Shown here: piece by piece, positions 51,489-61,869 of the stretch
How positions within the stretch are numbered: position 1 is the first letter of the stretch
How the letters are laid out: each line of letters opens with the position of its first letter
Assembly: GCF_902713615.1 (NCBI RefSeq)
Contig: NC_052156.1
Location: 111,267,120-111,331,119, forward strand
Direction of reading: 5' to 3'
Length of the DNA stretch: 64,000 bases
DNA from: Scyliorhinus canicula
Taxonomy: Eukaryota
Made by a program: the position numbers and the translations under genes
The notes under the pieces: generated by a model
What the model saw: the letters and a program-made list of their open reading frames with translations, nothing else
What the model was told of the DNA's origin: nothing
Database searches by the model: none

Positions 51489-54392
51489 CTACACTATGCC
51501 CTTATCATCCATATGCTTATCCAATAAATTTTTAAATGCCCTCAATGTTGGCATGTTCACTACTGTTGCAGGTAGGGCATTCCACGGCCTCACCACTCTT
51601 TGCGTAAAAAACCCACCTCTGACCTCTGTCCTATATCTATTACCCCTCAATTTAAGGCTATGTCCCCTCGTGCTAGCCACCTCCATCCGCGGGAGAAGGC
51701 TCTCGCTGTCCACCCTATCTAACCCTCTGATCATTTTGTATGCCTCTATTAAGTCACCTCTTAACCTTCTTCTCTCTAACGAAAACAACCTCAAGTCCAT
51801 CAGCCTTTCCTCATAAGATTTTCCCTCCATACCAGGCAACATCCTGGTAAATCTCCTCTGCACCCGTTCCAAAGCTTCCACGTCCTTCCTATAATGAGGC
51901 GACCAGAACTGTACGCAATACTCCAAATGCGGCCGTACTAGAGTTTTGTACAACTGCAACATGACCTCATGGCTCCGGAACTCAATCCCTCTACCAATAA
52001 AGGCCAACACACCATAGGCCTTCTTCACAACCCTATCAACCTGGGTGGCAACTTTCAGGGATCTATGTACATGGACACCGAGATCCCTCTGCTCATCCAC
52101 ACTACCAAGAATTTTACCATTAGCCAAATATTCCGCATTCCTGTTATTCTTTCCAAAGTGAATCACCTCACACTTCTCCACATTAAACTCCATTTGCCAC
52201 CTCTCAGCCCAGCTCTGCAGCTTATCTATGTCCCTCTGTAACCTGCAACATCCTTCCGCACTGTCTACAACTCCACCGACTTTAGTGTCGTCTGCAAATT
52301 TACTCACCCATCCTTCTGCGCCCTCCTCTAGGTCATTTATAAAAATGACAAACAGCAACGGCCCCAGAACAGATCCTTGTGGTACGCCACTCGTAACTGA
52401 ACTCCATTCTGAACATTTCCCATCAACTACCACTCTCTGTCTTCTTTCAACTAGCCAATTTCTGATCCACATCTCTAAATCACCCTCAATCCCCAGCCTC
52501 CGTATTTTCTGCAATAGACGACCGTGGGGAACCTTATCAAACGCTTTACTGAAATCCATATACACCACATCAACTGCTCTACCCTCGTCTACCTGTTCAG
52601 TCACCTTCTCAAAGAACTCGATAAGGTTTGTGAGGCATGACCTACCCTTCACAAAACCATGCTGACTGTCCCTAATCATATTATTCCTATCTAGATGATT
52701 ATAAATCGTATCTTTTATAATCCTCTCCAAGACTTTACCCACCACAGACGTTAGGCTCACCGGCCTATAGTTACCGGGGTTATCTCTACTCCCCTTCTTG
52801 AACAAAGGGACCACATTTGCTATCCTCCAGTCCTCTGGCACTATTCCTGTAGCCAATGATGACCTAAAAATCAAAGCCAAAGGCTCAGCAATCTCTTCCC
52901 TGGCTTCCCAGAGAATCCTAGGATAAATCCCATCCGGCCCCGGGGACTTATCTATTTTCACCTTGTCCAGAATTGCCAACACTTCTTCCCTACGCACCTC
53001 AATGCCATCTATTCTAATAGCCTGGGTCTCAGCATTCTCCTCCACAATATTATCTTTTTCTTGAGTGAATACTGACGAAAAGTATTCATTTAGTATCTCG
53101 CTTATCTCCTCAGCCTCCACACACAACTTCCCACCACTGTCCTTGACTGGCCCTACTCTTACCCTAGTCATTCTTTTATTCCTGACATACCTATAGAAAG
53201 CTTTTGGGTTTTCCTTGATCCTACCTGCCAAAGACTTCTCATGTCCCCTCCTTGCTCGTCTCAGCTCTCTCTTTAGATCCTTCCTCGCTTCCTTGTAAAT
53301 ATCAAGCGCCCCAACTGAAACTTCACGCCTCATCTTCACATAGGCCTCCTTCTTCCTCTTAACAAGAGATTCCACTTCTTTGGTAAACCACGGTTCCCTC
53401 GCTCGACCCCTTCCTCCCTGCCTGACTGGTACGTACTTATCAAGAACATGCAATAGCTGTTCCTTGAACAAGCTCCACATATCCAGTGTGCCCAACCCTT
53501 GCAGCCTACTTCTCCAACCAACACATCCTAAGTCATGTCTAATGGCATCATAATTGCCCTTCCCCCAGCTATAACTCTTGCCCTGCGGGGTATACTTATC
53601 CCTTTCCATCACTAACGTAAAGGTCACCGAATTGTGGTCACTGTTTCCAAAGTGCTCACCTACCTCCAGATCTAACACCTGGCCTGGTTCATTACCCAAA
53701 ACCAAATCCAATGTGGCCTCGCCTCTTGTTGGCCTGTCAACATATTGTGTCAGGAAACCCTCCTGCACACATTGTACAAAGAATGACCCATCTAATGTAC
53801 TCGAACTATATCTTTTCCAGTCAATATTTGGAAAGTTAAAGTCTCCCATAACAACTACCCTGTTACTTTCGCTCTTTTCCAGAATCATCTTCGCCATCCT
53901 TTCCTCTACATCCCTAGAACTATTAGGTGGCCTATAGAAAACTCCCAACAGGGTGACCTCTCCTTTCCTGTTTCTAACCTCAGCCCATACTACCTCAGAA
54001 GAAGAGTCCCCATCTAGCATCCTTTCCGCCACCGTAATACTGTCCTTGACTAGCAGCGCCACACCTCCCCCTCTTTTGCCCCCTTCTCTGAGCTTACTAA
54101 AACACCTAAACCCCGGAACCTGCAACAACCATTCCTGTCCCTGCTCTATCCATGTCTCTGAAATGGCCACAACATCGAAGTCCCAGGTACCAACCCATGC
54201 TGCCAGTTCCCCTACCTTATTTCGTATACTCCTGGCATTGAAGTAGACACACTTCAAACCACCTACCCGATCACTGGCACCCTCCTGCGAAGTCAAATCT
54301 GTGCTCCTGACCCCTATACTCTCAATCTCCCGTACCCTAAAACTACAATCCAGGTTCCCATGCCCCTGCTGAATTAGTTTAAACCCCCCCAA
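51489..54392 (-). CDS. CR1 ORF2p: APE endonuclease + reverse transcriptase; no upstream AUG, probably entered by -1 frameshift
   Basis: 967-codon open frame. APE motifs YFNARS, AISETW, YRPP, MGDFN, LDLVL, SDHN; RT motifs YRPVSLTS, QHGF, DFSKAFD, GVPQGSVLGP, FADD. Track start codon is TTG; the first ATG is codon 125. Confidence 0.93.
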   Translation of the reverse strand: MGGFKLIQQGHGNLDCSFRVREIESIGVRSTDLTSQEGASDRVGGLKCVYFNARSIRNKVGELAAWVGTWDFDVVAISETWIEQGQEWLLQVPGFRCFSKLREGGKRGGGVALLVKDSITVAERMLDGDSSSEVVWAEVRNRKGEVTLLGVFYRPPNSSRDVEERMAKMILEKSESNRVVVMGDFNFPNIDWKRYSSSTLDGSFFVQCVQEGFLTQYVDRPTRGEATLDLVLGNEPGQVLDLEVGEHFGNSDHNSVTFTLVMERDKYTPQGKSYSWGKGNYDAIRHDLGCVGWRSRLQGLGTLDMWSLFKEQLLHVLDKYVPVRQGGRGRAREPWFTKEVESLVKRKKEAYVKMRREVSVGALDIYKEARKDLKRELRRARRGHEKSLAGRIKENPKAFYRYVRNKRMTRVRVGPVKDSGGKLCVEAEEISEILNEYFSSVFTQEKDNIVEENAETQAIRIDGIEVRREEVLAILDKVKIDKSPGPDGIYPRILWEAREEIAEPLALIFRSSLATGIVPEDWRIANVVPLFKKGSRDNPGNYRPVSLTSVVGKVLERIIKDTIYNHLDRNNMIRDSQHGFVKGRSCLTNLIEFFEKVTEQVDEGRAVDVVYMDFSKAFDKVPHGRLLQKIRRLGIEGDLEMWIRNWLVERRQRVVVDGKCSEWSSVTSGVPQGSVLGPLLFVIFINDLEEGAEGWVSKFADDTKVGGVVDSAEGCCRLQRDIDKLQSWAERWQMEFNVEKCEVIHFGKNNRNAEYLANGKILGSVDEQRDLGVHVHRSLKVATQVDRVVKKAYGVLAFIGRGIEFRSHEVMLQLYKTLVRPHLEYCVQFWSPHYRKDVEALERVQRRFTRMLPGMEGKSYEERLMDLRLFSLERRRLRGDLIEAYKMIRGLDRVDSESLLPRMEVASTRGHSLKLRGNRYRTEVRGGFFTQRVVRPWNALPATVVNMPTLRAFKNLLDKHMDDKGIV

Positions 54393-55300
54393 AGAGCACT
54401 AACAAATCTCCCCCCCAGGATATTGGTGCCCCTCAGGTTCAGATGTAGACCATCCTGTCTATAGAGGTCCCACCTTCCCCAGAAAGAGCCCCAGTTATCC
54501 AGAAATCTGAATCCCTCCCGCCTGCACCATCCCTGTAGCCACGTGTTTAATTGCTCTCTCTCCCTATTCCTCATCTCACTATCACGTGGCACGGGCAACA
54601 ACCCAGAGATAACAACTCTGTTTGTTCTCGCTCTGAGCTTCCATCCTAGCTCCCTAAAGGCCTGCCTGACATCCTTGTCCCCTTTCCTACCTATGTCGTT
54701 AGTGCCAATGTGGACTACGACTTGGGGCTGCTCCCCCTCCCCCTTAAGGACCCGGAAAACACGATCCGAGACATCACGTACCCTTGCACCTGGGAGGCAA
54801 CATACCAAACGTGAGTCTCTCTCGCTCCCACAAAATCTCCTATCTGTGCCCCTGACTATTGAGTCCCCAATTACTAATGTTCTACTCCTTTCCCCCCTTC
54901 CCTTCTGAGCAACAGGGACAGACTCCGTGCCAGAGGCCCGTACCCCATGGCTTACCCCTGGTAAGTCGTCCCCCCCACAAGTATCCAAAACGGTATACTT
55001 GTTACTCAGGGGAACGACCGCAGGGGGTCCCTGCACTGACTGCTTCTTCCCAGTCCCTCTTACAGTTACCCATCTATCTCCAGTCTTTGGTGTAACTATT
55101 TCCCTGAAGCTCCTATCTATGACCCCCTCTGCCTCCCGAATGATCCGAAGTTCATCCAGCTCAAGCTCCAGGTCCCTAACACGGTTTTTGAGGAGCTGGA
55201 GTTGGGTGCACTTCCCACAGATGAAATCAGCAGGGACACTGACGGCGTCCCTCACCTCAAACATTCTGCAGGAGGAGCATTGTACTGCCTTCCCTGACAT
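54374..55300 (-). CDS. CR1 ORF1p: C4 zinc finger + leucine zipper + SGNH/GDSL esterase (308 aa from ATG)
   Basis: CSSC-x16-CGKC; heptad LQLLKNRVRDLELELDELRII; SGNH blocks LVIGDS, CCLPGA, HIGTND, DGLHLN. ATG at 55300 (preceded by an in-frame GTG). Confidence 0.92.
   Translation of the reverse strand: MSGKAVQCSSCRMFEVRDAVSVPADFICGKCTQLQLLKNRVRDLELELDELRIIREAEGVIDRSFREIVTPKTGDRWVTVRGTGKKQSVQGPPAVVPLSNKYTVLDTCGGDDLPGVSHGVRASGTESVPVAQKGRGERSRTLVIGDSIVRGTDRRFCGSERDSRLVCCLPGARVRDVSDRVFRVLKGEGEQPQVVVHIGTNDIGRKGDKDVRQAFRELGWKLRARTNRVVISGLLPVPRDSEMRNREREQLNTWLQGWCRREGFRFLDNWGSFWGRWDLYRQDGLHLNLRGTNILGGRFVSALWGGLN
54377..54383 (-). promoter_or_regulatory. Candidate -1 ribosomal frameshift slippery heptamer U_UUA_AAC at the ORF1/ORF2 junction
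   Basis: Minus strand reads TGG GGG GGT TTA AAC TAA in the ORF1 frame. The -1 frame TTT AAA CTA ATT CAG is ORF2. Confidence 0.7.
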
Positions 55301-55577
55301 CACCTCTAGATTTAAAAAAAAAACAAGAAAAAGAAAAAGGAAGAGTTTACCTGATATTACCTCAAACCCTGCTCCCGCTCAAAGGTAAGCAAATTTAAAG
55401 GCACTCACTCACCTTCACGACAGGCCCCTGCTCCCGCTTCCCAACCACCGTGGGGTGGGGGGGTTGGTTAGAGGAGGAGGTAGGGTGGGGGGGTTGGTTA
55501 GAGGAGGAGGTAGGGTGGGAAACACTCACGAAGTGTTTCGGGTTTAACTGTCACTTGCCAACAGCCTCTCCACAAAC

Positions 55578-55798
55578 CACCTTCAACTTAGGCTGACCGC
55601 ACTGCACGTATGCAAATTTCCCCAGAACAGCTGATCAGTAGCTCTGCTCTGCTGCCCTCTGCTGGATGATTGCCTTCACTCAAACTCCTCGGGTCCCCTT
55701 CGCAGATTCACCTTCAACTTAGGCTGACCGCACTGCACGTATGCAAATTTCCCCAGAACAGCTGATCAGTAGCTCTGCTCTGCTGCCCTCTGCTGGAT
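55578..55798 (-). repeat. Two identical 90-bp monomers (55578-55667, 55709-55798) in the CR1 5'UTR
   Basis: Direct repeat with period 131. Each copy has ATGCAAAT (55610-55617, 55741-55748) and CAGCTG. Confidence 0.9.
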
Positions 55799-56860
55799 AG
55801 TGTACCTTTGTGGTCTGTGAGCTTCTCTTATAAAACAGCACAGCTTTGCAACAATATTATAGTTGTGGCATTGAAAACTAATTTAATTCAAAATGTTTGA
55901 TATTTTTAAAGCTGGAGCTCAGTCTTGCAGTCACGAGATCAAATGCACTCATCCACACAACACATTTTACCTGGTGGCACAACACCAAATACACAGGATA
56001 GGACATTCCTACCCTTGTCCTTTTCTCCCCCCTTTATACTTTGTTTATTAAATATTTAGGTTCTTGTGAAATGGCTGGAAGAAAAAGGTCGAACTACGTT
56101 TATTTTCCCAAAATATGAACAGAAAAAATGAAAGCTGCTTTATTGTTGATGTTTCCAGTAATTAGTTGAAGCATATTTATTTGGTTTGGGAAGGATATCT
56201 TGTCTCTTAAAATAGATAATTTACAGAAAACTATTCAGTCTGTTATTTTATGTTGGATGGAACACAATGGACGATGAACTCTTTAATCCCAGTTCGTTTA
56301 ATAGGTTGGTGTTTATTGTAGTTTTATAATGGACCCAGATTGCTAAATTGCCTTTATCCTATATGTTCAAGACTGATGCCCAGGGAAAAGAGTCAACAAA
56401 ACCCTTTGCGCCACCATCATGGTTTAGGCCCAACACAGTCAGCAGTGGCACAAGCAGGGGGCTCGTCAGCATGTTTAAACAGCTCGCCCTCCCCCAAATG
56501 AATCAAATTGTTTAAAATATCGAATCACTCTTTCTTTTGAAAATCCTTGGATAAAACACATAAAGGTGAGATGAACTTCTAAATTTCATAGATTGGTGTT
56601 ACCACCGAAAGAGACCATTCAGCCCTCGTCAGCTCTCTACAAAAGCAATTTAGTTAGTTCCACACCCGCGCCTTTAATTACTTCATGATTCGGTGATTTC
56701 TCCGCCCCCCCCCCCCGCCCCCTTTCAGGTGCTTATCCAATTCTCTTCTGAAAGCGATGATTGAATTTCCTTCCACCACTCTGAGGCAATGCAACCCAGA
56801 TTCTAACCACTCACTGGGGTGAGCGGAAGAATTTTTGAGGACGTGGTGGAATAGTGGTAT

Positions 56861-57159
56861 GATTATACTAATCTTTACTGTCACAAGTAGGCTTACATTA
56901 ACAACGCAGTGAAGTTACTGTGAAAAGACCCTAGTCACCACATTCCGCCGCCTGTTCGGATACACAGAGGGAGAATTCAGAATGTCCAATTCACATATCA
57001 GCACGTCTTTTGGGACTTGTGGGAGGAAACCGGAGCACCCGGAGGAAGCCCACGCAGATGCAGGGAGAATGTGCAGACTCCGCACAGACAGTGACACGAG
57101 CCGGAATCGAACCTGTGACCTTGGCTCCGTGAACCGACAGTGCTAACCACTGTGCTACC
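56861..57159 (-). mobile_element. V-SINE with a fourth tail type
   Basis: V-domain joined to GGCGGCGGAATGTGGTGACTAGGG..CACAGTAACTTCA..GCCTACTTGTGACA; TSD GTGGTAT (56854-56860, 57160-57166). Confidence 0.8.
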
Positions 57160-57202
57160 GTGGTATTGTTACTGGGCTAATAACGTGGGTACCTAATCCC
57201 GC

Positions 57203-57461
57203 TGTTATAACCGCACTGGAATAACCCATTTTAGGGGGTAGGGATGATTAACTACCCCGGGGATCTTGTAGAATACGAGCTCCCCTGATATGGGGGCGGG
57301 AAACCCTTAACAATACTTGGCTTTGTATAAACAGAGTCGGCCAGTAAGGCACTGACTGGAGAAGACCCAGGAGGGAACTACTGGAGCTGTATGTAATTGT
57401 AAAATAAAGGAAGTTTTGTTTCAAACTACTCGGTGTGGACTCTTTGTTGCTCTTATAAAAC
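57203..57461 (+). mobile_element. Short solo LTR-like element; related copy at 20562-20785
   Basis: TGTTATAA start, TATAA, GGCCAGTAAGG, AATAAA and GGTGTGGACTC..CTTAT end; the internal motifs are shared by both copies. Confidence 0.65.
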
Positions 57462-57675
57462 GCACCATGGAATTTTCAATTAAAATAAAGCTTTTTTCTC
57501 ACAAGCTCTTTAGTCCTTTTACCAATCTTATTCAGTCTGTATCTGCTGCTCCTTGATCATTCTGCCAATGGAAAGATCTTTCTCTCTATCTGCTCTGCCT
57601 CCATGATTGTGTACATCTGCAACAAATCTTGTCTCTACCTTTCCTTCTCAAAGGAGAACAACCCCAGTTTCCCCT

Positions 57676-58548
57676 TGTTTTGTTATGCTCTTGACGTAGC
57701 ATAAGCTGCTTCCTTGATGTGCACTCTGACAAAGGAAGGTTCAGACTTGGAGATAGCTTCAACACGTTTATTAAACTGTTAACGATTCTCCTACTTGGAT
57801 TCGACTCTCCTGTTAATCCTGCTATAGGTACTCAGACTGACGAACCAGTCTGCTACAATCCACGTGGTGGGTGTGATGTGTTTCAAATCAACCCTGTGTA
57901 CTCACTGAGTGTCTCCACTGGAAAGAGGAAGATCATGTGTGCTGTGTCCTTATATATGGGTTGGTGTAATGCCCTCCTGTGGTAATGTCACCTCTGCGTG
58001 TATTGTGAATGCCCATTGGTCGTGTCCTATCTTATTGGCCTATTGGTTGAATGTCTGTGTGTCATGTCTCTGGTGCTCCCTCTCGTGTCTAGCTGGTCTA
58101 CGTGTATTTATATTAACCCCTTGTGATTCATATTGTCATAATATACACCAGTATATCATAGTGCAGACACACACACTGATTGACACACAGCAAGACCAAT
58201 CAACACACACAACACCGCAGCCAATCACCAGTTAGAGCACACTCACTATAAAGACAGAAGGCATCAGTTTTCCCGCTCATTCGGGATGCAGCCTCTCAGA
58301 AGGACAGGGCTCACAGCTTGCAGCACAGATCTTCACCATGTGCTGAGTGCATAGATTGGTTAGGATAGGCATAGGTCTTTAGTTTAATCTAACATAGTGT
58401 CGACCCACAGTGAAAGTATGTTCAACAGTTTCTAGCTTAATAAAATAGTGTTGAACTATTTCAAGTGTTGGTAGCGTGTATGTGTTACTGCTGAGGTAAA
58501 CGCAGTCTCCACGGATCCAGAGTACCCAACACATCACATATCACCACA
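57676..58548 (-). mobile_element. Solo LTR (465 bp net) containing a nested solo LTR
   Basis: TG...CA ends; 5-bp TSD CCCCT (57671-57675, 58549-58553); AATAAA on the minus strand near 57767-57772. Confidence 0.8.
58134..58536 (+). mobile_element. Solo LTR (403 bp)
   Basis: TGTCA...CA; TSD CATAT (58129-58133, 58537-58541); TATAAA near 58247 and AATAAA at 58439-58444. Confidence 0.85.
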
Positions 58549-60448
58549 CCCCTTACTTCTCCCATCCCTTGAGCCAGCCTTGTAAATCTTTTCTGCACCT
58601 TCTCCAAAGCCTTCACATCCTTCCTAACGTGTGGTGCCCAGAATTAGATACAAATACTCCAGCTGCAGTCCAACCAGCATTTTCCAAAGGCTACATCACT
58701 TGTGCGTTGGCATGTACCACCATGGTGATCAGTCTTTACAATGGTTTGGCAACATGTACTACCACCGAAAACCATCAAATAAACAACAGCTGACAACCCC
58801 CTTCACAAGCGGCAGTAGTTGCCACTCACGGATTGGTCTCTTGCAGCCATCAGCAAAAGTGCATCATATGGGCGGCACTGCTGCCTCAGAGCTCCAGGGA
58901 CTCGGGTTCAATTCCGGCCTCGGGTGACTGTGTGGAATTTGCCTTTCTCCCCGTGTCTGCATGAGTTTTCTCCATGTGCTCCGGTTTCCTCCCACAGTCC
59001 AAAGATGTGCAGGTTAGGTGGATTTGCCAAGCTAAATTGCCCCTTCATGTCCAAAAGATTAGGTGGGTTTACTGGGTTACGGTGGAGGTGTGGGCTTAAG
59101 TGGGATGCTCTTTCTGAGGACCGGTGCAGACTCAATGGGCTGAATGGCCTCCTTCTACACTGTAAAAAAAATTCTATGATATGAAGCTACCCCTTCCCCA
59201 GTGGATTTGATTTGCTGCAGGTCTGTCGTCTTGCATGTGGGAGGATACCGACCACCCCCACCTCCAAGGAAGGAATCCCCCCAACGCCTCTGTCACTCAG
59301 TTCAACTTGGGGATTGAAACTGGGACCCTCTCCTTGCCTGCGTAGGCCAGTAACTCACTGGGTAAATCCCACTATTGCCGAGAATAATTTATGTTCGAAG
59401 CCAAAGGATTTAAATGACATTTCCATTTGAAAAGTTTCTGTTCAGCTGACGTGGGTACTACATCAGAATGCCTCTCAAACACAAAACACTTCTTGGCAAC
59501 CCATTGTTTGTTATTCATTTGACTGAGGCAGAAGGGTCATTATAAAGTGAACCCTTAAGTTCCCATTTCCATTACATTTCTTCAGGTTTTTCACCTCAGC
59601 CATTAAGCAAAGCAAAGGAAGGTCGGAAGGCTATTAGTAGTCTGCTAGAAGGGGCTGGTAATCATCTACCAGTCCTGACACATCACCACCAAATGCTCCA
59701 AAACGCAGTAACATTAGGCCAATTTGTCTCTATCAATCAGTGCCTGTGCAAATACAGTCTCACAGGCAGCTTTCAGCCATGTTTATTTACACAGCTCCTG
59801 CTGCATTTCCACTTCTCACACGTATCTATCAGCTTCAGCAGGCAATAGTTACGTTTGTAAGGCCCTGCCTGTTTAATGCATTGTACAAATACCATAATCT
59901 ACCATGTGACAAAAAAAGATAGAAACCATATTAAAATTTGTAGCTTCTTAAAATTAACATTGCATGCAAACATCATTGCCTTCATTAACAAATTGACTAC
60001 CCATTGTGCTTGCTGGAGTTCGATCAGATTCTCGGACCTGTTTTTGCTTTCTTCGACTGCTTAGCACCCCCACACCCCCCCAAGTTATTTGTTAGGCTTC
60101 AAGGCTCACACAAGAGAAAACTTTGAATCGTAAACAGCTACAAAATGAAGCCCCTCGGCCCATTATATTGGCTCTCGGAAAAGTAACTCAGCTCGTTCCT
60201 TCCCCGTTCCTGTTCTTTCCCCATAACTCTGCAAATGATTTTTCTGTTCAGCTGCTTATGAGATTTCCTTTTGAAAGCACTAATTGAATGAGCCTCCACC
60301 GCACTCTCAGGCAGCGCATTCCAGAGCCTAACCACTTACTGCACAAGAAAATAAAAAGCTTTTCTTAATTTTGCATTTGGGTCCTAGCTTAAATCGGTGT
60401 CCTCCTGTTTTTGGCTGTTCTACCAATAGGAACAAGTTTTCTCTACTA

Positions 60449-60779
60449 GGGCAGCACGGTAACACAGTGGTTAGCACAGTTGCTTCACAGCTCCAGGGTC
60501 CCAGATCGATTCCAGGCTTGGGTCACTGCCTGTGCGGAGTTTGCCCGTTCTCCCTGTGTATGCATGGGTTTCCTCCGGGTGCTCTGGTTTCCTGCCACAG
60601 TCGAAAGATGTGCAGGTTAGGTGGATTGGCCATGCCAAATTGCCCTCAGAGTCCAAAAAGGTTGGGAGGGGTTACGGGGATAGGGTGGAGGTATGGGCTT
60701 AGGTTGGGTGCTCTTACCAAGGGCCGGTGCAGACTCGCTGGGCTGAATGGCCTCCTTCTGCACTGTAAATTCTATGATT
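60449..60779 (+). mobile_element. V-SINE, second tail type; same subfamily at 23850-24188(-), 30615-30935(-), 42433-42765(+), 58870-59182(+), 63905-64000(-, partial)
   Basis: V-domain plus tail GGCCTCCTTCTGCACTGTAAATTCTATGAT. Confidence 0.85.
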
Positions 60780-61869
60780 ACTTTGCCTAGACCCCTCATG
60801 ATTTTGAACACCTCTATCCAATCTTTTTTCAATCCTCTCAAAGGAAAATAACCCCAGCTTCTCCAATCTATCCATGATACTGAAGTTCCACTTCCCTGGA
60901 ACTATTATTGCAAATCTTTTCTGCACCCTCTCTGAAGCCTTCAGATCCTTCCAAAGGTCTGGCGTCAGAATCGGGACACAATACTCCAATTGAGGCCGAA
61001 TGTACAAAGGTACATCATAACTTCCTTGCGCCTGTGTGGAGAGACAGTGGCACAGTGGTAATGGGGCCAGTTGTGGTGAATGCTCTGGGGCACGGGACGC
61101 ACTTATTTTAGTTGAGGCCAAACTAGTGACTTCAACATAACCTCCTTGCTCTTGCACATAACCTCCTGACTCGATCTTGCTCTGGAGTTTGGGAGTTTGA
61201 TGGATGATCTCATCAGGGTGTTTAAATAATAAAGGGATTTGATAGGGTAAATAGAAGCTATTTCCTCTGCTGGGGCAGTCTAGAACAAGAAGCCATATGG
61301 TCTTCAAATTTGAGCTGGAGTATTTAATTAGGAGTGAAATCAGGAAGCACTCTTTGAGAATCTTAAAATTAGTGCTCGGCTGTTCAAGGATGATGTCAGG
61401 AAGCATTTTTTCAAACAAAGCTGTGTGGAAATCTGAAACTGTCCCTTTAGCAGACTGTGGATATTGGATGGTTACAAAGATTTCAGCCTAAAATTTTTTG
61501 TCAGCAAAAGGCAGCAACTTACGTGGATCAAAGACAGGTAAATGAGCTGCTGGTCAGCTACAAACTATTGGAATAACAGAATAGACTAGGGAGGCTGAAC
61601 GGTCTTATGGGATTCACACCAAGAAGCAACAAATTGACTGCATGAAATAAAGGGGACGATTCTCCAAAAAGAGGACAAAGTCCCCTAGCGAGTGTGTTTA
61701 GCCAAGTGCTTCCTGGCGCTCGCAGTGCTGAGCAGGAGATGGCTATTCGATAAGACTCGCGATGAACAAGGGGCCTGAATGGGGAACGCACAGCCAAGGA
61801 TGCATAAAGTCCCGTTTTGCACAGTGGGAGCTCCGCTCACTGGACCTCCCAATAGGAGTCTGAGATCTG

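Larger units (their letters stand above)
51388..55801 (-). mobile_element. Full-length CR1-clade LINE (HER1-like), both ORFs open
   Basis: 5'UTR, ORF1, ORF2, 3'UTR and a (TTCTATG)4 tail (51388-51415). Possible 4-bp TSD GTAC at 51385-51388 and 55802-55805. Confidence 0.95.

Noticed and set aside
51496-55388. Plus-strand ORFs antisense to the CR1 ORFs
   Set aside because: Shadow ORFs expected opposite long coding frames; no recognisable domains.
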